Of a stretch of 30,329 nucleotides of DNA, positions 25,307-30,329 are shown one piece after another (the first letter of the stretch is position 1; every line of letters begins with the position of its first letter). The position numbers and the translations under genes are program-made. The DNA comes from a virus (taxonomy: Duplodnaviria > Heunggongvirae > Uroviricota > Caudoviricetes): the IMG/VR virus record IMGVR_UViG_2778261591_000021; one strand, given 5' to 3'. The notes below the pieces were generated by a model, which worked only from the letters and a program-made list of their open reading frames with translations, did no database searches and was not told the origin of the DNA.

Positions 25307-25606
25307 ATGAACGTTAATCAGCAGAAAAATCTTCAAAAAATCATGCTGGCATTCGACAAGGACTACCGCCTGTCAGAACAGCTATATGACCGACAAGTTG
25401 AACTGATTGAGAGCATCCGACTTCATCAACTGTCCTCAACTTTCGACGTTGTAACAGGCAAAGGCGTTCGTCATGAAGTGCTGGAGGCTGCTAAAGACAG
25501 CCCTGAGTTCGAAGAACTGATGGATGCCTACCGGCGCGAGGCAATGGCAATTATAGCGCGCTGGGATCTGGCGGATCAGCTTGATGGGCAGAGGGACGCG
25601 GCATGA
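25307..25606 (+). CDS. hypothetical early protein, 99 aa
   Basis: ATG at 25307 with GGGAGGG RBS; the track ORF starts 15 nt earlier inside the preceding small ORF. Confidence 0.45.
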   Translation: MNVNQQKNLQKIMLAFDKDYRLSEQLYDRQVELIESIRLHQLSSTFDVVTGKGVRHEVLEAAKDSPEFEELMDAYRREAMAIIARWDLADQLDGQRDAA

Positions 25607-26502
25607 TGCGGAACGCTGGAATCATGGATAGAACAAAATACATCGGAGGAAGCGATGTTGCAGGGATTCTTGGAATTAGCCCATGGCGCACCCCGCTTGA
25701 GGTTTATCTGGATAAGGTCCAGCCACGTGTCAAACCAGTAGACCCAAGCAAGCAGAAAGTTTTCACGCGTGGCCAGCGTATGGAGCCATACGTAATAGAC
25801 CTGCTTTCTGAGGAAACAGGGATGGAAATCGTTCATCGCGGAAACCGCTATATCCACCGTGATTACGATTTTATTGCAGCTGAGATCGATGCAGAAGCAG
25901 CGTCAGGCGAGAACATTGAGATCAAAACAGTTAGTCCGTTCAAAGCCAAAGAATGGGGAGAAATCCAGACAGATGCAATTCCTGTGCATTACACGGCCCA
26001 GGCCATGCACGGGTTGATGGTTACAAACAAACAGGTATGCGTTTTCGGTGTGCTTATCGGTGGCGACGACTTCCGAATCTATCGGGTTGAGCGTGATGAA
26101 GAAACTATCCAGGCGATCTTAGAAAAAGAAATCGCTTTCTGGGACCGAGTGAAAAATCTTAACCCGCCGGAAGCTGCCAGCGTAAGCGATGTATCGCTGA
26201 TGTTTGAGAAAGATGCCGGGACAAGTATCGAGGCTGACGGAAAGGCACTCGCACTATTCAACGATCTACGAGACATGAAATCACGCAGAAAATCACTGGA
26301 AGAAGAAATAGCTATATCAGAAGAGAAGCTGAAGATGTACATGCAAGAGCACTCAGTCCTGACCCTGGACGGAAAGCCGCTCTGCACATGGAAATCTCAG
26401 ATCAGCAACAGATTCGACCAGAAGCTATTCCAGTCAGTACACCCTGAGTTATTCGAAAAATTCAAAACAACAACGACACAACGCGTCTTCAGAATGAAGT
26501 AA
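25603..26502 (+). CDS. YqaJ-type viral recombinase exonuclease, 299 aa
   Basis: N-terminal YIGGSDVAGILGISPWRTPLEVY motif; paired with the downstream RecT gene; GAGGGA RBS. Confidence 0.75.
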   Translation: MMRNAGIMDRTKYIGGSDVAGILGISPWRTPLEVYLDKVQPRVKPVDPSKQKVFTRGQRMEPYVIDLLSEETGMEIVHRGNRYIHRDYDFIAAEIDAEAASGENIEIKTVSPFKAKEWGEIQTDAIPVHYTAQAMHGLMVTNKQVCVFGVLIGGDDFRIYRVERDEETIQAILEKEIAFWDRVKNLNPPEAASVSDVSLMFEKDAGTSIEADGKALALFNDLRDMKSRRKSLEEEIAISEEKLKMYMQEHSVLTLDGKPLCTWKSQISNRFDQKLFQSVHPELFEKFKTTTTQRVFRMK

Positions 26503-26511
26503 GGAGAAAAA

Positions 26512-27534
26512 ATGTCTATCAATGCACTTAAGGCAGCGGCTACCGGTAACCAAGTTGCACATCATAATGAGAAACCAACAACTCTGGCCGGACTTCTGGC
26601 AGACCCAAAAATTAAAGCTCAGATGGCTTTGGCACTTCCAAAGCACATGACAGCAGACCGTCTGGCGCGCATAGCAACCACAGAGATCCGAAAGGTTCCA
26701 AAACTTGCATCATGCGACCAAGCCAGCTTCCTGGGGGCAATTATGCAATGTGCCCAATTGGGTCTTGAACCAGGCGGAGCTCTTGGACACGCTTACCTGA
26801 TACCGTTCGACAAACGCCAGAAAGTAAATGGAAGATGGGAAACCGTATCTACAGAAGCACAGCTGATTATCGGCTATCGCGGAATGATTGACCTTGCCCG
26901 CCGCTCTGGGCAGATCCTGAGTATCTCGGCTCGTACCGTACATACAAACGACAAATTCAGCTACTCATACGGCCTGGAAGAAACGCTCGAGCATTTACCT
27001 TGCGAAACAGGTGACCGCGGAGAATTAACGCACGTTTACGCCGTTGCACGACTGAAAGATGGCGGAGTCCAATTTGAAGTTATGAGCCGGGCAGACATTG
27101 AGAAAGTTCGTGCACTGAGCAAAGCCGGTAGCAGTGGCCCATGGGTTGATCACTTCGATGAGATGGCTAAAAAAACAGTAATTCGCCGACTATTCAAATA
27201 TCTTCCTGTTTCTATTGAAATGCAGAAGGCTGTTGTTATGGATGAGCGCGCTGAAGCTGGACTTAGCCAAGATAACGCAGCTGTTATCACTGGTGAATAT
27301 TCCGTAGTTGACGATGAGCGTCAACACCTGTCGCCAATTTCAGATTCAGAACGAGAAGAAGCTCGAGAATATATCATCGCGATACTTAATAGCCTGGATC
27401 CATCTGCTGAAGATGCAAAAACGATGTTCAAGCGCGCTGAAAATGAGATTAACACCATGGCTGAAAAGCTCGGTGATGAATATCACCAAAAATTCATGAT
27501 GACGCTTAACGATATGCGTCAAGAATTCGAGTAA
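26512..27534 (+). CDS. recT: RecT-family single-strand annealing protein, 340 aa
   Basis: RecT-like core (ASCDQASFLGAIMQCAQLGLEPGG...AYLIPF); AAGGAG RBS; follows the YqaJ exonuclease gene. Confidence 0.8.
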   Translation: MSINALKAAATGNQVAHHNEKPTTLAGLLADPKIKAQMALALPKHMTADRLARIATTEIRKVPKLASCDQASFLGAIMQCAQLGLEPGGALGHAYLIPFDKRQKVNGRWETVSTEAQLIIGYRGMIDLARRSGQILSISARTVHTNDKFSYSYGLEETLEHLPCETGDRGELTHVYAVARLKDGGVQFEVMSRADIEKVRALSKAGSSGPWVDHFDEMAKKTVIRRLFKYLPVSIEMQKAVVMDERAEAGLSQDNAAVITGEYSVVDDERQHLSPISDSEREEAREYIIAILNSLDPSAEDAKTMFKRAENEINTMAEKLGDEYHQKFMMTLNDMRQEFE

Positions 27535-27583
27535 CCACCACCGCGGCGCCACACGCGCCGCACTGCAACCAAGAGAGGTATTT

Positions 27584-27832
27584 ATGAAAGGTGCATTAGG
27601 TAAGAAGGAACTCCTGGCGGTGGTTCCACTGTCATGGAGCACTATCGACCGTATGGAGCGCGCAGGGGAATTTCCTAAACGCTGGTATATCACCGATAAA
27701 CGCTGCGCATGGAACCGTGATGAAGTTGAGCGTTGGCTTGATGAACGTCAGGCAGCAAGCCCGGCAGAGTTCCAGGGTAAAAAACCTCCTGTTCAGCAAC
27801 GTGTATATCGTCCTGTGAGCAACGCTGCATGA
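27584..27832 (+). CDS. AlpA-family phage regulatory / excisionase-like protein, 82 aa
   Basis: Small HTH protein (LLAVVPLSWSTIDRMERAGEFPKRWYI...RCAWNRDEVERWLDER) matching the AlpA/Xis pattern from memory. Confidence 0.55.
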   Translation: MKGALGKKELLAVVPLSWSTIDRMERAGEFPKRWYITDKRCAWNRDEVERWLDERQAASPAEFQGKKPPVQQRVYRPVSNAA

Positions 27833-27974
27833 GTGCGCTGCTAAGGCACTGGAGCAAATGGTCAGGATGGTACTTATTCCTGGCCTCTGTTTCAGCATGG
27901 CTTTATCTGCTGGCATTAATTTTCAGAGAGGGTTGGATTAAGTGAGAAAGTTAAGCCGACTTGAAAAATATCAC

Positions 27975-28241
27975 ATGAACAAGGTTTCAATGCGCAGCCC
28001 TTCAAAGGTTGTTGCCGTTACTCCTGCGGCGATAGAGATCGAAAAACGCGCGATTGAAAGAGAGAAAAAAGGGCAGTTCCGCATTGCCGCCCACCTTTGG
28101 CTTCAGTGTATGGATGTTGCTTCTGGTGATGTTGAGCGTGCAAGGATCGCGGTTCGCAGGGACCAATGTATCACAAAAGGTAACGGCCTTCGCCGTGGCG
28201 ACTATAGCGGCATAGGATGTTGTGGGGTGGTTTATGACTAA
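27975..28241 (+). CDS. PerC/Pch-family-like small transcriptional regulator (tentative), about 88 aa
   Basis: Core EREKKGQFRIAAHLWLQCMDVA resembles the PerC-family signature as I recall it. ATG at 27975 preferred over the GTG at 27942. Confidence 0.35.
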   Translation: MNKVSMRSPSKVVAVTPAAIEIEKRAIEREKKGQFRIAAHLWLQCMDVASGDVERARIAVRRDQCITKGNGLRRGDYSGIGCCGVVYD

Positions 28242-28884
28242 GAAATACACACTAATCTATGCAGATCCACCTTGGGTATACCGGGACAAAGCCGCAGATG
28301 GTAATCGCGGTGCCGGTTTTAAATATCCGGTTATGAGTGTGCTGGATATCTGCCGCCTTCCTGTGTGGGATTTGGCCGATGAAAACTGTCTGTTGGCCAT
28401 GTGGTGGGTGCCAACACAACCACTCGAAGCACTAAAAGTTGTTGAAGCCTGGGGATTTCGTCTGATGACGATGAAGGGCTTCACGTGGATAAAATGTGGT
28501 AGTCGACAACCAGATAAACTGGTTATGGGTATGGGGCACATGACTCGCGCCAATAGTGAAGATTGCCTGTTTGCGGTAAAGGGAAAACTACCTACGCGCA
28601 TTAATGCAGGGATCGTTCAGTCATTTACCGCACCGCGGCTTGAGCATTCAAGAAAACCAGATATCGTTCGTGAAAAACTTGTGCAATTGTTAGGCGATGT
28701 TTCTCGCATTGAACTGTTCGCCCGCCAGTCGTCTCATGGCTTCGATGTTTGGGGTAATCAGTGCGAAGACCCGGCAGTGCAACTACACCCTGGATACGCG
28801 TTGGATATTGGCGGATTAACAAATGCATTCAGCAATGCTCCGCTGTCACCAACAGACAACCAGGGGCGGGAGCGTGCAGCATGA
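28234..28884 (+). CDS. MT-A70-family N6-adenine DNA methyltransferase, 216 aa
   Basis: Catalytic DPPW motif (LIYADPPWVY); ATG at 28234 with GGGGTGG RBS; the track uses a GTG at 28222. Confidence 0.7.
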   Translation: MTKKYTLIYADPPWVYRDKAADGNRGAGFKYPVMSVLDICRLPVWDLADENCLLAMWWVPTQPLEALKVVEAWGFRLMTMKGFTWIKCGSRQPDKLVMGMGHMTRANSEDCLFAVKGKLPTRINAGIVQSFTAPRLEHSRKPDIVREKLVQLLGDVSRIELFARQSSHGFDVWGNQCEDPAVQLHPGYALDIGGLTNAFSNAPLSPTDNQGRERAA

Positions 28885-29075
28885 ACCGGGCATCACCAGC
28901 AGATTTAAGGAAATGCCTTGAAACTGCAAACATGCTTGCACACAGCGGGATCAGGTTTGTTCCCATTCCCGCTGTCACTGATGCTGAATTTGCAACGCTG
29001 TCAGCAATATTCGAAAACAAAATTGAATCACTGGCAGCAGAAGCAAAGATGGAAGAAAATCAGCAGAACTATTAA
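28881..29075 (+). CDS. hypothetical protein, 64 aa
   Basis: ATG overlaps the methyltransferase stop as ATGA; last gene before the convergent integrase. Confidence 0.4.
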   Translation: MNRASPADLRKCLETANMLAHSGIRFVPIPAVTDAEFATLSAIFENKIESLAAEAKMEENQQNY

Positions 29076-29078
29076 ACG

Positions 29079-30329
29079 TTATTCCCCCGCCATCCACTTC
29101 TCAAACTTCGACGGGGAGAACGGAATCAGATCCGTATGCTCCCCGTTAATCCAGGAATCAATCATATCGGCCCACTGCTGCAACATGTAGGCGCGCTGTC
29201 TGGCGTATTCCGCTTTGTTATATACGGCGCGCACACCTTTCTGCTCATGTGCCAGAGCCTTTTCAATCCAGTCTGAAGGATAACCAGCCTCATGCAACAA
29301 CGTACTGGCTGTACGGCGCATATCGTGTACGGTGAAGCCCTGAATATGCTCACCATCTTCATTTATTATTTTCACCGTTCTGTCGATCAGAGAGTTCAGC
29401 GCGGCATTAGATAATGGCTTCCGGAAATTGTAACGACCAGGAACCAGATATTCACTTCCACCAGCGCACATCTGCAACCCAACCAATATATCCTGTGCCT
29501 GTTTAGGCAGGTAAATAACGTGCGCCCGGCTTCCCTTCATGCGGTCTGAAGGAATTGTCCATGTCCATTTTTTAAAATCTATTTCATCCCACGTTGCATT
29601 GGTGAATTCGCCTTTACGAACCATAGTGATAAGCACCAGCTTTAAAGCCATTTTCATAGTGCCCATAGCACCAATGGCATCCAGCGTGCGGAAGAACAGG
29701 CCAATTTCTTCTGGTGTCAGTGTTCGCTCTCGTGGTTTAAATATGGCGATAGACGAAGGTTTAATGTCAGCCGCAGGATTAAACAAACCATGACCACGGT
29801 CATTGGCGTGACGGTATACGCTGCTGATGATCTCCCTGGCCTGTACTGCTGTTGCCCGACCACCGCGTTCGACAATCCGGTCACACAAATCACGAACCAT
29901 CGATGTGGTAATTTCAGCCATCATTTTGTTGCCAAGAACCGGAAGTATGTCACGGTCGATCACCGCCTGCTTCATTGCGCGGGTACTGTCAGCCAAGATG
30001 ACGTGTTTCATATAACTGTCGGTATGTACCGCAAACGTCTCGGCACCACGAATCTTTTTGATACCGTCACGTTTAGCCGCAGCCGGCGACTGGCCTGCTT
30101 TAAGCAGCTTCTTTGCAGCAATCAGTTCTTCTCGCGCTTCTGCCAGGCTGATACCGTCACGCCCATACTGCCCGATTACCAGTGTTTCGCGGCGACCGTT
30201 GATACGGTAGTCATAGCGAAACGAGACCGTGCCTGACGTAAGCACAGCTACATACAGCCCGTCACGATCGGAGACCTTGTACAGTTTGTCCTGCGGCTTG
30301 AGGTTTTTTAATTTTGTATCGGTAAGCAC
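29079..30329 (-). CDS. int: P4-type tyrosine integrase, N-terminus cut by the window end
   Basis: N-terminal LTDTKLKNLKPQDKLYKVSDRDGLYV arm-binding-type region, C-terminal catalytic region (HDMRRTASTLLHEAGYPSDWIE...VYNKAEY). The frame is open at the window edge. Confidence 0.85.
   Translation of the reverse strand: MLTDTKLKNLKPQDKLYKVSDRDGLYVAVLTSGTVSFRYDYRINGRRETLVIGQYGRDGISLAEAREELIAAKKLLKAGQSPAAAKRDGIKKIRGAETFAVHTDSYMKHVILADSTRAMKQAVIDRDILPVLGNKMMAEITTSMVRDLCDRIVERGGRATAVQAREIISSVYRHANDRGHGLFNPAADIKPSSIAIFKPRERTLTPEEIGLFFRTLDAIGAMGTMKMALKLVLITMVRKGEFTNATWDEIDFKKWTWTIPSDRMKGSRAHVIYLPKQAQDILVGLQMCAGGSEYLVPGRYNFRKPLSNAALNSLIDRTVKIINEDGEHIQGFTVHDMRRTASTLLHEAGYPSDWIEKALAHEQKGVRAVYNKAEYARQRAYMLQQWADMIDSWINGEHTDLIPFSPSKFEKWMAGE

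Overview
This window is about 30 kb of a temperate, lambdoid-regulated prophage of an enterobacterial type with a podovirus-style virion module, cut at the left by an IS3-family element (1-690) and ending at the right inside a P4-type tyrosine integrase gene (29079-30329, minus strand). From the right: a plus-strand early operon (tandem-HTH repressor-like gene, two small ORFs, YqaJ exonuclease, RecT, AlpA-like regulator, PerC/Pch-like regulator, MT-A70 adenine methyltransferase); a divergent minus-strand operon (Cro-like, Zn-finger small protein, O-like initiator with internal iterons, P-like helicase loader); a DUF1064/HNH/Ea22/DUF551 accessory cluster; terminase small and large subunits; then portal, scaffold, major capsid, tail and internal-virion proteins including a lytic-transglycosylase protein. 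No tape measure, tail tube or sheath genes and no holin/endolysin were recognised; the tailspike/lysis region may lie left of the IS. The most unusual locus is a counter-oriented, low-GC accessory island between portal and terminase (14225-15749) carrying its own promoter, a GC-rich structured non-coding stretch, a tRNA-Arg(UCU), two terminators and an AT-rich membrane/coiled-coil protein. A 15-bp palindrome TTACC-N5-GGTAA recurs at ten intergenic positions, including this island, suggesting one regulator wires immunity, replication, accessory and moron promoters together. All functional calls rest on motif recognition by eye and gene order; no database search was run. The ORF track uses GTG/TTG as well as ATG starts, so several starts were re-assigned; hand-mapped motif coordinates may be off by 1-2 bp.
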